Source: a virus. From it: a stretch of 64,000 nt of DNA. The stretch lies in the IMG/VR virus record IMGVR_UViG_3300020165_000009. One strand, written 5' to 3'. A model generated the notes under the pieces. The model worked only from the letters and a program-made list of their open reading frames with translations. It did not search any database and was not told the DNA's origin. The stretch's first letter is position 1, and each line of letters starts with the position of its first letter. Position numbers and translations under genes: made by a program. Below, one piece after another: positions 8,317-16,534 of the stretch.

Positions 8317-9237
8317 TTAAACTGCTGATACCATTGCATGCTTGTAGATGGAATTCTTACCTTTACCAAACTTCTCGAGCTTATTATTCAATACTAGCTC
8401 ACGTAAGCGGTTATATGCAGTATTGTAGTCGCAGTCAAGCTTATCCATAACACGATCGATACTAATATGAGGCGGCTCTTTCATATCAAGTATAGCTTCG
8501 AACTCTACCTGCTTCCGGCTTTTCTTTGAAGGAGCTTTATCAGCATCTTCAATCTTAACAGGGTTACCGAAATCGTATCCTCCATGTCCGAGAGATAAAG
8601 TTACCTCATTCAAGGCTCCAAAACGATTCTTACTAAAGTGAATCTTACGAAGACCATCTTCGAATTCACCCTCGATCGCGATTTCCATATTAACATCAAC
8701 AGTATGCGGTACAATAGTACTACCTTTTAGCTTACCGTCTTTAGTAAGGTGCATAACGAAGAATACAGTACACTCTGTATCTTTAGCAGCGCGCGTCAAA
8801 CGGCTTACTGCATAGCGCTCGAGCTCAGCTCGATTCATCTTCTTCTTGGAAGTTAAGGCCTGGAAAGAATCAACAACTAGAACATCGAATTGCTTCATAA
8901 CTTCACATAGAGTATCTATATCAGTCTCATTAGCAACCTTAACGTTCTTAACTTTAATACGATTACACGTAAAAGCTAACTGCACAGAACTTTCTTCACC
9001 TGAAGCATAAGCAGTCTCGTAACCTTGCTTAGATAAGCCTTCAAGCATCTGCAATAGGAGAGTAGTCTTACCACAGCCTGCAGGAGCAGTCATTGTAATT
9101 GCACTACCAGGCAGAACACCTTCGCCGAATAGATCATCGATGGTCTCTATACCTGATTTATAACGGCGATAAAAGAGGTCCGGTATCTTGATATTGCTAA
9201 CAGATTGGAATTGCGTTGTTTCGTATCCTAGATTCAT
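8317..9237 (-). CDS. radA: RadA/Sms-like ATPase lacking Zn finger and Lon-like domain; C-terminal winged-HTH-like region
   Basis: Walker A APAGCGKTT, SGEES, VVDSFQ, HLTKDG, RadA signature KNRFG. Confidence 0.8.
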   Translation of the reverse strand: MNLGYETTQFQSVSNIKIPDLFYRRYKSGIETIDDLFGEGVLPGSAITMTAPAGCGKTTLLLQMLEGLSKQGYETAYASGEESSVQLAFTCNRIKVKNVKVANETDIDTLCEVMKQFDVLVVDSFQALTSKKKMNRAELERYAVSRLTRAAKDTECTVFFVMHLTKDGKLKGSTIVPHTVDVNMEIAIEGEFEDGLRKIHFSKNRFGALNEVTLSLGHGGYDFGNPVKIEDADKAPSKKSRKQVEFEAILDMKEPPHISIDRVMDKLDCDYNTAYNRLRELVLNNKLEKFGKGKNSIYKHAMVSAV

Positions 9238-9275
9238 TATATTAATTGGTTGTTGTTGTTTCTTTCTTCCCTTTA

Positions 9276-9291
9276 ATTATATCGGTGTTCC
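9276..9291 (-). promoter_or_regulatory. GGAAC-N5-TATAAT promoter
   Basis: GGAACACCGATATAAT upstream of radA-like gene. Confidence 0.75.
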
Positions 9292-9293
9292 GG

Positions 9294-9455
9294 TTAATTT
9301 CCCTCACGACTACAATTATTTTTCCGGCATTTTTTCTGAGATTCTCGCTTTTTCTTATCTGCGAAAGAAAAACTCGGCTGTGGCATCGGATGTCTCACTA
9401 GATTCCGGCGCTTTATCGATGTATTTTCGATACGCTGAGATTTCTTATTTTTCAT
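9294..9455 (-). CDS. Unannotated 53-aa basic protein MKNKKSQRIENTSIKRRNLVRHPMPQPSFSFADKKKRESQKKCRKNNCSREGN
   Basis: Translated by hand; ATG 7 nt behind promoter 9462-9477. Confidence 0.6.
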   Translation of the reverse strand: MKNKKSQRIENTSIKRRNLVRHPMPQPSFSFADKKKRESQKKCRKNNCSREGN

Positions 9456-9461
9456 ATACCC

Positions 9462-9477
9462 ATTATAACGGTGTTCC
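9462..9477 (-). promoter_or_regulatory. GGAAC-N5-TATAAT promoter (start of accessory block)
   Basis: GGAACACCGTTATAAT. Confidence 0.75.
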
Positions 9478-9538
9478 GGTTACTATATCTGCACAAATGT
9501 GCAGTAATACCCGTTACATTAAATAAATATTAGTACAT

Positions 9539-10063
9539 ATGGCTAATAAACGTATAACCGACCTACCGATTAGTACACCCTTGATAGGCACTGAAGCTCT
9601 TGTTATGGATCAGGAGTCTACTCTTACGGTCACAGGTATTGATACCGTGCAGACCACGCTATCTTCAATACAAGAGTTTACCTTATCAGCAGCACCCTTT
9701 ATAAATGTTACTGGTGGTGCAACCTTTAGTGGTACGTCAGAATTTTTTGGTGATGTTATAATGACCAGTGCACGGACTGCCATCGGTGAAGAAGCTGGGC
9801 GCATTGAATTTCAAGTAACAGATGATCTCGTCGTAGAAGGTCCTTCAGAATTCAATGAAGACGTTGAAATCATCGGCGGTGACCTGGATGTCACAACCGG
9901 GGATATATTATCTGCAGGTGAAAATCTTGGCGACATTTTTGCCTACAAAGGTCAGTTCATACAGAACGGAGGAGGTGTTGAATTTATACAAAGACTAACT
10001 CAAGCGCAATATGATGCTATAGGTACACCTGACCCGACCATACTTTACATAATCGTAGGATAA
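9539..10063 (+). CDS. Tail fibre/adaptor protein
   Basis: N-terminal MANKRITDL; C-terminal LTQAQYDAIGTPDPTILYII motif common in phage fibre adaptors. Confidence 0.6.
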   Translation: MANKRITDLPISTPLIGTEALVMDQESTLTVTGIDTVQTTLSSIQEFTLSAAPFINVTGGATFSGTSEFFGDVIMTSARTAIGEEAGRIEFQVTDDLVVEGPSEFNEDVEIIGGDLDVTTGDILSAGENLGDIFAYKGQFIQNGGGVEFIQRLTQAQYDAIGTPDPTILYIIVG

Positions 10064-10064
10064 T

Positions 10065-11912
10065 ATGAGTGTTTTAACGTTTGTAACTATTGGCGATGAA
10101 GGTAACGCTGTTGATACCACCGGCTATGGTGATGTATCATATGCATATGATATTAGTAAGTTTGAAATTACTGAAGGTAACATTGCTGAATATAATGCTG
10201 ACCCTGCAAATAGCACTCGTCTGATTACAATAGATAGTCGTGGTACTGATAAACCAGCTACAGACATAACTTGGAACGAATGTGCTCGTTATGTTAACTG
10301 GCTTAATATAAATGATGGAGCTCAACCAGCGTATAATTTTGCTCTACCCGGCATTAATGAATATATTGATCTTTGGACTTCTGGCGAAGCATGGCAGCTT
10401 GATGGTGAGAATCTCTTTAGACATAAAGACGCAAAATACTTTATACCGAACGAAAATGAGTGGTATAAAGCCGCTTATTATAAGGGTGGCGGCACTAACG
10501 CTGGTTATTGGTTATATCCAACAGGATCCGATACTGCTCCAACAGCTGTAACATCTGGAACTGTTGATGATACCGCGGTATATGTCGGTGCCGGTGTAAC
10601 ACCTTTAAGCCCAGCTGATGTCACAGAGGCTGGTGGGCTCAGTCCTTATGGTACAATGGGACAAGGTGGTAATGTATACGAACATACGGAGAATACTTTT
10701 GATGGCGCTAACGTTAACGTCTTTGCTAATCGGGTATACCGTGGCGGTAGCTCTGGTACCCTTTCAAACACCTTGATAAATACCTCACGTGCGTTTGCCG
10801 GTGCACAAACCGGGAGCCCTTCGGTAGGTCTTCGTGTCGCAAAAGTGTCAGCTCCAGCACCTCCGCGACCACTAGTGCCGAATCAATTTGTTACAATTGC
10901 TAATACTAGTAATGTCGATGACACTACTGGGTATGGTGCTGTTAGTTACGAATACCAAATAAGTAAGTTCGAAGCTCCTGAGTCTGAGATTGATGCTTAT
11001 AATGCCGATCCAATTAACGCGAACACACTTATTACAAAAGATAGTCGTGGTGCTAATAAACCAGCAACAGACGTAACTTGGAATGAGTGTGCGAGATATG
11101 TAAACTGGCTCAATATTAAAGAGTCTAGATTGCCAGCATATCTATTTCTTGATGATGATATTACTAGTAATATTACTCCTTGGGATAGTGCTGATGCCTG
11201 GCAACTAGGTGGTGAAAATCTCTTTAGGCATAGAGATGCTAAGTACTTTTTGCCAAGTGAAGATGAGTGGTATAAAGCAGCATATTATGGTGGGGGAGTG
11301 TATTATACATACCCAACAGGAAGCAATAGTGCTCCAGCAACAACAACCGAAGGTACACTCCCTGACACTGCGGTATACATTGACGGAGTGAATCCAAACC
11401 CACCAGGTCCTGCTGATGTAGATCTAGCCGGCGGGCTTAGTCCGTATGGTACGATGGCTCAAGGCGGTAATACGTACGAGTGGAACGAATCGACATCGGA
11501 CGGTTTAAACAATGATACTAATGGAGCTCGTGTCCTCCGCGGCGGCGCCTGGTATTCCTCCTCCCTCGACTTGCAGTCGTCCTTCCGCAGCACCATCCAC
11601 CCCCCGGACTACGAGATCGCCGGCGTCGGTTTTCGTGTCGTAGCAATACAGCCACCGTCAGCGCCAAATACATCACCAGTTCTAAATTTAGCTGATAATC
11701 TTAAGGTTGGTGCTCTTCAAGTCACGGCGGCTTATCTTGATTCAACAAGAGTGTGGCCTAATGATCTCGCTCTCTGGAGCTTCGAATCACCAGGAGGCTC
11801 TACAATTACAGGTTTCAAGATAACCACCTCAAGTGGTGATGTTATCATTAATTGGGGTGACGGTACTGAAGATACTGTAAATTCAGGTCAGGTTATAAAT
11901 AAAACATACTAA
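10065..11912 (+). CDS. Putative receptor-binding protein with two FGE-sulfatase (C-type lectin fold) domains; probable DGR target
   Basis: Two about 260-aa repeats with ISKFE, EWYKAAY, QGGNxYE, RGG...GFRV; C-terminal LKVG...AYLD..VWP and INWGDG. Confidence 0.8.
   Translation: MSVLTFVTIGDEGNAVDTTGYGDVSYAYDISKFEITEGNIAEYNADPANSTRLITIDSRGTDKPATDITWNECARYVNWLNINDGAQPAYNFALPGINEYIDLWTSGEAWQLDGENLFRHKDAKYFIPNENEWYKAAYYKGGGTNAGYWLYPTGSDTAPTAVTSGTVDDTAVYVGAGVTPLSPADVTEAGGLSPYGTMGQGGNVYEHTENTFDGANVNVFANRVYRGGSSGTLSNTLINTSRAFAGAQTGSPSVGLRVAKVSAPAPPRPLVPNQFVTIANTSNVDDTTGYGAVSYEYQISKFEAPESEIDAYNADPINANTLITKDSRGANKPATDVTWNECARYVNWLNIKESRLPAYLFLDDDITSNITPWDSADAWQLGGENLFRHRDAKYFLPSEDEWYKAAYYGGGVYYTYPTGSNSAPATTTEGTLPDTAVYIDGVNPNPPGPADVDLAGGLSPYGTMAQGGNTYEWNESTSDGLNNDTNGARVLRGGAWYSSSLDLQSSFRSTIHPPDYEIAGVGFRVVAIQPPSAPNTSPVLNLADNLKVGALQVTAAYLDSTRVWPNDLALWSFESPGGSTITGFKITTSSGDVIINWGDGTEDTVNSGQVINKTY
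11529..11640 (+). other. DGR variable-region-like segment
   Basis: 75/112 GC, 11 A; 26 of 37 codons end in C, none in A; spans RGG..GFRV of the second CLec domain. Confidence 0.75.
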
Positions 11913-11920
11913 ATATTATT

Positions 11921-12649
11921 ATGGCAACATTGTTGAGTATAGCTCCCGTAGATGGTAATTCGTCAGTGACGCAAATCGACGTCGGTAATAGTTCTCCTAA
12001 ACTTGGTGGTACTCTTAATGTTTCTGCTTTTCCAAATTTAGAAGAAATAAGATGTGACGGGAATGACATAGCAGAGTTTACAGGGTATGCAGAAAATCCT
12101 AATATAAAAGTGGTGCTAGCAGCGCAAAACCAACTAAGCGGACCCATTCCGGACATCACTGGTATGACCAGCTTAGAATATTTCTGGGTTATGGTTAATG
12201 GCTTTACCGGATCGTTTCCGGATATTTCTCAAAATACTGAACTGAGACTTATAAATGTTGGTGGTAATAATCTGACTGGTACCCTACCAGCGTCGATAGA
12301 GTTTCCATCCATGTTCCGGTTCAACGTCTACGATAATTCCTTCACTGGGTCTATTCCAGACTGTAGTAACACACCAAACCTAGATTATCTTCTAGCTGAC
12401 GGTAATAGTCTCACAGACTTTACCGGGGGTTTTCCGACTGCGCTTCGTCGGATTTTCCTAAACAACAATAACCTTACAGAAACCGCGGTTGATAATGTAC
12501 TCCAAGCTGTCGTTGATGCTAATAGAACCACAAATATGAGTGGTTGTGTAATAAACCTTGGTGGGTCGGGTAATTCAGCTCCATCAGCAGCAGGTATTGC
12601 AAATAAGAATACCCTCATTGGTAGAGGGTGGTCTGTAAGTACAAACTAA
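11921..12649 (+). CDS. Leucine-rich-repeat tail-associated protein
   Basis: NQLSGPIPD, NGFTGSFPD, NNLTGTLPA, NSFTGSIPD repeats; C-terminal RGWSV. Confidence 0.75.
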   Translation: MATLLSIAPVDGNSSVTQIDVGNSSPKLGGTLNVSAFPNLEEIRCDGNDIAEFTGYAENPNIKVVLAAQNQLSGPIPDITGMTSLEYFWVMVNGFTGSFPDISQNTELRLINVGGNNLTGTLPASIEFPSMFRFNVYDNSFTGSIPDCSNTPNLDYLLADGNSLTDFTGGFPTALRRIFLNNNNLTETAVDNVLQAVVDANRTTNMSGCVINLGGSGNSAPSAAGIANKNTLIGRGWSVSTN

Positions 12650-12656
12650 TAATACT

Positions 12657-12881
12657 ATGGCATATCAAGTTATAACAGAAGTAGACAATATTCAGACATC
12701 ATCGACGGATTGGTGGATGATATATAGTTCGATTAATTTAGACACAATTTCGCCGCTAATGCAGTGTAGTGGATATACATCATCTCCGGATGTAATGGTT
12801 AAGGGAGACGATAAAGCAGAAATTGAACAATATATTATCGATAACGATATTAAGCCGTTTTCAGAGGAAGATAGTATCTAG
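12657..12881 (+). CDS. Small acidic protein (possible fibre chaperone)
   Basis: Position after the LRR gene. Confidence 0.5.
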   Translation: MAYQVITEVDNIQTSSTDWWMIYSSINLDTISPLMQCSGYTSSPDVMVKGDDKAEIEQYIIDNDIKPFSEEDSI

Positions 12882-13777
12882 TTATTTACTGAATCAAATA
12901 CTTCCTGCAGGTTAAATATATCTGATTGCGGGTACGGGAATTCATGCTCCGGTCCATTAAAGTCGTAATCGAATAGGAAGCTGTCAATACCAGCAGTATT
13001 CTGCCCCTCGATAGGTTTAACGGTCGGCTTAAAATTCTTATGCACATCATAACCGAATACATCTGGACTCGTACCAATCCATAGTACAGAAGACTCGACG
13101 CTAAATGCAGCTGCTGCATGCTGAAGACAGCTATCGATAAGTATACGTTTTTGAACGATCCCGGGTAATAGCATTAATGTACGTTTATCTATCTCAGGTA
13201 ACGCTTCAACTCCATGCAAGCTTGGACAGTTTGGCCTCGTTACATGTAGTATATGGTATTGTTCTTTTAGATTATCTACGAGTATTTGAGCCTGACCGTT
13301 AGGAATATCTCTCGTCCAACAATATCCTATCTCATTATCATGGAACATACCACCATTAGTCTGTAGTAGTAGAGTGGGTTTAGAGCGAGCAAACTGATTA
13401 CTCATTCTTTCCACCTCTGCAGGCGTATAGAATAAACCGGGCGTATTATCGCCATCCCATTTGATGCTGTGAGTATCACACCAGGACTCAGCAAGTACTC
13501 GCTTGTTGTATAGGTGACCTGTATTGAAATAAGGCTCGCCTTTGAGTATGATTGTATTACGACCTTCTATATAATCTTTATAGAAGTATGGAATAACACC
13601 GGATCTAAATACCCTGTATACATCAGGATTGTTTAAGTATACTTCAGGCCATGGAGTAACAACGATGATCTTTCTCTCAGGGTGGGCAGCTTTAATATTT
13701 CTTGTGACAGCCGTAGATGCAATAATTTTACCTAGCCCTCCTTCAGGGTTAAAAATTAAATATTCCTCCTTATCCAT
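12878..13777 (-). CDS. Glycosyltransferase, GT9 (heptosyltransferase)-like GT-B fold
   Basis: GGLGKII N-terminal motif; IDSCLQHAAAA resembles GT9 DSGxxHxAxA; start reassigned to MDKEE. Confidence 0.7.
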   Translation of the reverse strand: MDKEEYLIFNPEGGLGKIIASTAVTRNIKAAHPERKIIVVTPWPEVYLNNPDVYRVFRSGVIPYFYKDYIEGRNTIILKGEPYFNTGHLYNKRVLAESWCDTHSIKWDGDNTPGLFYTPAEVERMSNQFARSKPTLLLQTNGGMFHDNEIGYCWTRDIPNGQAQILVDNLKEQYHILHVTRPNCPSLHGVEALPEIDKRTLMLLPGIVQKRILIDSCLQHAAAAFSVESSVLWIGTSPDVFGYDVHKNFKPTVKPIEGQNTAGIDSFLFDYDFNGPEHEFPYPQSDIFNLQEVFDSVNN

Positions 13778-13855
13778 ATATATATATATTATTTTATACA
13801 CTAAACTCCAAAGGTCAACTATAGAATAAAGGTTTAACCGTCTTAAATAATATTA

Positions 13856-15820
13856 ATGAGTAAGGGAACGTCTATATACCATTTCAGTAGCACAGTCTTA
13901 TACAACGAAGTATTTGATCCTAGGGAAGATTTAATTGTATCTCTAGTACGTACAAACGAAGAGCAGGAAAACCTAGGTGCATTAAGACTCGAGGGAGGTA
14001 GTTTCGGCGGCAGCCTACTGGCACTTGAGCCTACGCGACAGAACCCGACTGGTACACTTGGTTATAATTTCTCTAATGAGTTTGAGAATCTATGTTTATA
14101 TCTCTTTGATGCATCAGTAGATACGTCGAACTTTTCCGGCATTGACGGGCCCTCGCGTAGCACGGCAATTTCTGCTTTTGATGTTGCTCACGTACCTGGT
14201 AATATTTTCCTAAGCGGCGATAACCCCGTACCGAATAGGTATTATAGGAGTTTTGGATCAGCTCCACTACCACCTGCAACCCCAACAGTATTATATGATA
14301 CGAGTGGTACTCCAGTAGTTTCCATAACAACAGATATACCAGATAACTGGAACACTAGCGGCTCATCTTACCCGACTGCGACTCGCTTAGAAATTGGAAC
14401 AAGCTGTACTGTAGTTGGCTTCCAAGCCTTTACATATTCGAACGTAGCTTCCGGATTAAATTCTACGGAATTACTAATACCTTATAGTGTAACTGATGTT
14501 GGCACTCAAGCCTTTCAAGGTACGGGATTTACATCAATAAGTTTAGATAGTGGATTGGTAAATATAGGAGATGCAGCATTTTACGAAATGGAGAAGCTAG
14601 AAGGTGAAGTAATAATTCCTGAAGGTGTTATAACTATTGGTCAAGCGGCCTTTGCAACCTCTGGCACTCTTGACGACGGGGGCGGTATCACATCGATAAC
14701 TATTCCAAGTAGTGTAACAAGTATTGGAGCAAATGCGTTTGCGCAGCCGACTGCCGGTTTCCCAGGTGATCGAGGCAGCGTGCTAGCCTTAACGAGGGTT
14801 AATTGCTATGTGAATAAATCGATTGTTGATGCAGGAGTTAATTCACTAGGCGGAAATAACGGCTTAACAGAGATTCATGTTCGTCAAAATGACTCTTCTT
14901 GGACTGCTGGCCCTGGGCAAACTGTTGGCGGGTTAACCTTATTCGTGATTAAAGATTTAGTGGAATCACCTACAAGTGCGGGGTGGAATGCAGATACTGC
15001 ATGGGTTGACTCAGCCGGTACTTCTGAATTCAGATATACTTACAACGATTCTAAATATGGTAGTCCTCAAAATGGGTGGGAGTTTAGATATACAACAGCC
15101 GAGCCAGGCAGCAGCACAAACTGCTTCTACACTACAGTCTCTTCTGCTAGTGGTTTATTTCCATGGGAGATACCAAGTTGGTACGTTACCAATAACAGCT
15201 CTAATACATATGCTCTTTCTACAGCTAGTACAGTCGATTTAACATTATCAGGATTTACAACCAAATATGGTCTGTCGATAGACAATGCTTATGAACTCGA
15301 TGGCCCTGGGGCTAGCGTTTTAACAGACCTAACTCAGCCAGTTACAAGATTGACTGACCCTACATCTTTCGGTTCATTCCTATCCGGTGCATTAGTATTA
15401 GCTTGTGTAGATAACAACGGAGCTTTTAGTTTATCAGGTAGTCAAGATGGATTTTATAGTGGCGGTACTGAGACATTATCATCAAAGGTATTCAGTGTTA
15501 GGGCATTATCTGCATTACAGAGCACTAGATCAGCAGAATTATGTACGTTTGACTTTAAAGGTGCTGTTGTACCTGAAGATGGTTATTCAACTATCGATGA
15601 TAGGTGGAAGCTTCTAAGAGTTGGATTTAAACGGAACCTACAAGATGTTGTTCTATATATACGTGAAAACGGCATATATGAAACTCAACAAGTTTTCAGT
15701 ACAGGATTTAACTTAGAACAAATACCAGCTGGCGTTAAGTTGGGGATTTCATACTCAGGTCATATGCCTATGGAAATTCAAAACCTAACCATTAATGGTA
15801 TATTAACATCAGCATCATAA
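13856..15820 (+). CDS. Virion structural protein with internal BspA-type LRR module
   Basis: IPYSVTDVGTQAF, IPEGVITIGQAAF, IPSSVTSIGANAF; late promoter core upstream. Confidence 0.7.
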   Translation: MSKGTSIYHFSSTVLYNEVFDPREDLIVSLVRTNEEQENLGALRLEGGSFGGSLLALEPTRQNPTGTLGYNFSNEFENLCLYLFDASVDTSNFSGIDGPSRSTAISAFDVAHVPGNIFLSGDNPVPNRYYRSFGSAPLPPATPTVLYDTSGTPVVSITTDIPDNWNTSGSSYPTATRLEIGTSCTVVGFQAFTYSNVASGLNSTELLIPYSVTDVGTQAFQGTGFTSISLDSGLVNIGDAAFYEMEKLEGEVIIPEGVITIGQAAFATSGTLDDGGGITSITIPSSVTSIGANAFAQPTAGFPGDRGSVLALTRVNCYVNKSIVDAGVNSLGGNNGLTEIHVRQNDSSWTAGPGQTVGGLTLFVIKDLVESPTSAGWNADTAWVDSAGTSEFRYTYNDSKYGSPQNGWEFRYTTAEPGSSTNCFYTTVSSASGLFPWEIPSWYVTNNSSNTYALSTASTVDLTLSGFTTKYGLSIDNAYELDGPGASVLTDLTQPVTRLTDPTSFGSFLSGALVLACVDNNGAFSLSGSQDGFYSGGTETLSSKVFSVRALSALQSTRSAELCTFDFKGAVVPEDGYSTIDDRWKLLRVGFKRNLQDVVLYIRENGIYETQQVFSTGFNLEQIPAGVKLGISYSGHMPMEIQNLTINGILTSAS

Positions 15821-15831
15821 ATATAAATAAC

Positions 15832-16500
15832 ATGGCTAATTTCAAATTAACAGAATTAAACGGCGTAAGCGATACGGCTGCTTCAGACTTAATATATATA
15901 GTACAACAGGATCTTTCAAAGAGTATTACAATTGAAAATTTCTTTAGCAATATACCAGCTTCGGTAACTACAACCGGGAATTTTGATATTGTGAATCCTG
16001 GTGTTAACGGTGGTAGTTATTTATCCGGTGGTCAAGATATAAGTTTAGGTCTAGCGAGCAGCTTTATGCCTAGGAATACACGCGAGGTGATAAATATAGA
16101 GACTCTTAATGCCCCTAGTGAGCCTTTCGAATGGCCAGGTGCTGGTGAAACACTAACACAGTATGGTAACAGCATTGTATGTATATCTGGTGGTGCCATT
16201 AATCCTCCCTCTTCACCACAGCGTATGAATGCTACTATACCTAATAGCACTCAGGAGGAATTACCGGTTGGATGGAGTGTTAAATTCATTCAAACCGGAG
16301 AACTGCCAATTTACCTCAGCGCCGGTCCTGGTGTTACAATTTTATCAGTCAATGATACTTTGAGTTCTGGATATAGTGGTGCAGCAGGTGAGATACCCTT
16401 CTCGTCCATGGAGGTGTATCGGGTGGCCGAGGATAAGTTTGTTGTCACACACAGTCTATCCTGTAATGGTCTAGGTACAAATAGATCTGACTGGGTATAG
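15832..16500 (+). CDS. Tail fibre-associated protein
   Basis: MANFKLTEL N-terminus; LPVGWSVKFIQTG..LSAGPGVTI C-terminal domain. Confidence 0.55.
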   Translation: MANFKLTELNGVSDTAASDLIYIVQQDLSKSITIENFFSNIPASVTTTGNFDIVNPGVNGGSYLSGGQDISLGLASSFMPRNTREVINIETLNAPSEPFEWPGAGETLTQYGNSIVCISGGAINPPSSPQRMNATIPNSTQEELPVGWSVKFIQTGELPIYLSAGPGVTILSVNDTLSSGYSGAAGEIPFSSMEVYRVAEDKFVVTHSLSCNGLGTNRSDWV

Positions 16501-16534
16501 TTCGAGACGTAGTCTCTAATTAAATATAATTAAG

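Noticed and set aside
9188-9526. 112-aa plus-strand ORF
   Set aside because: Overlaps two minus-strand promoters and the better-supported 53-aa ORF
11893-11930. Readthrough or frameshift fusing the lectin and LRR genes
   Set aside because: Different frames, no slippery site, and the LRR gene has its own TAAATA-N5-ATG
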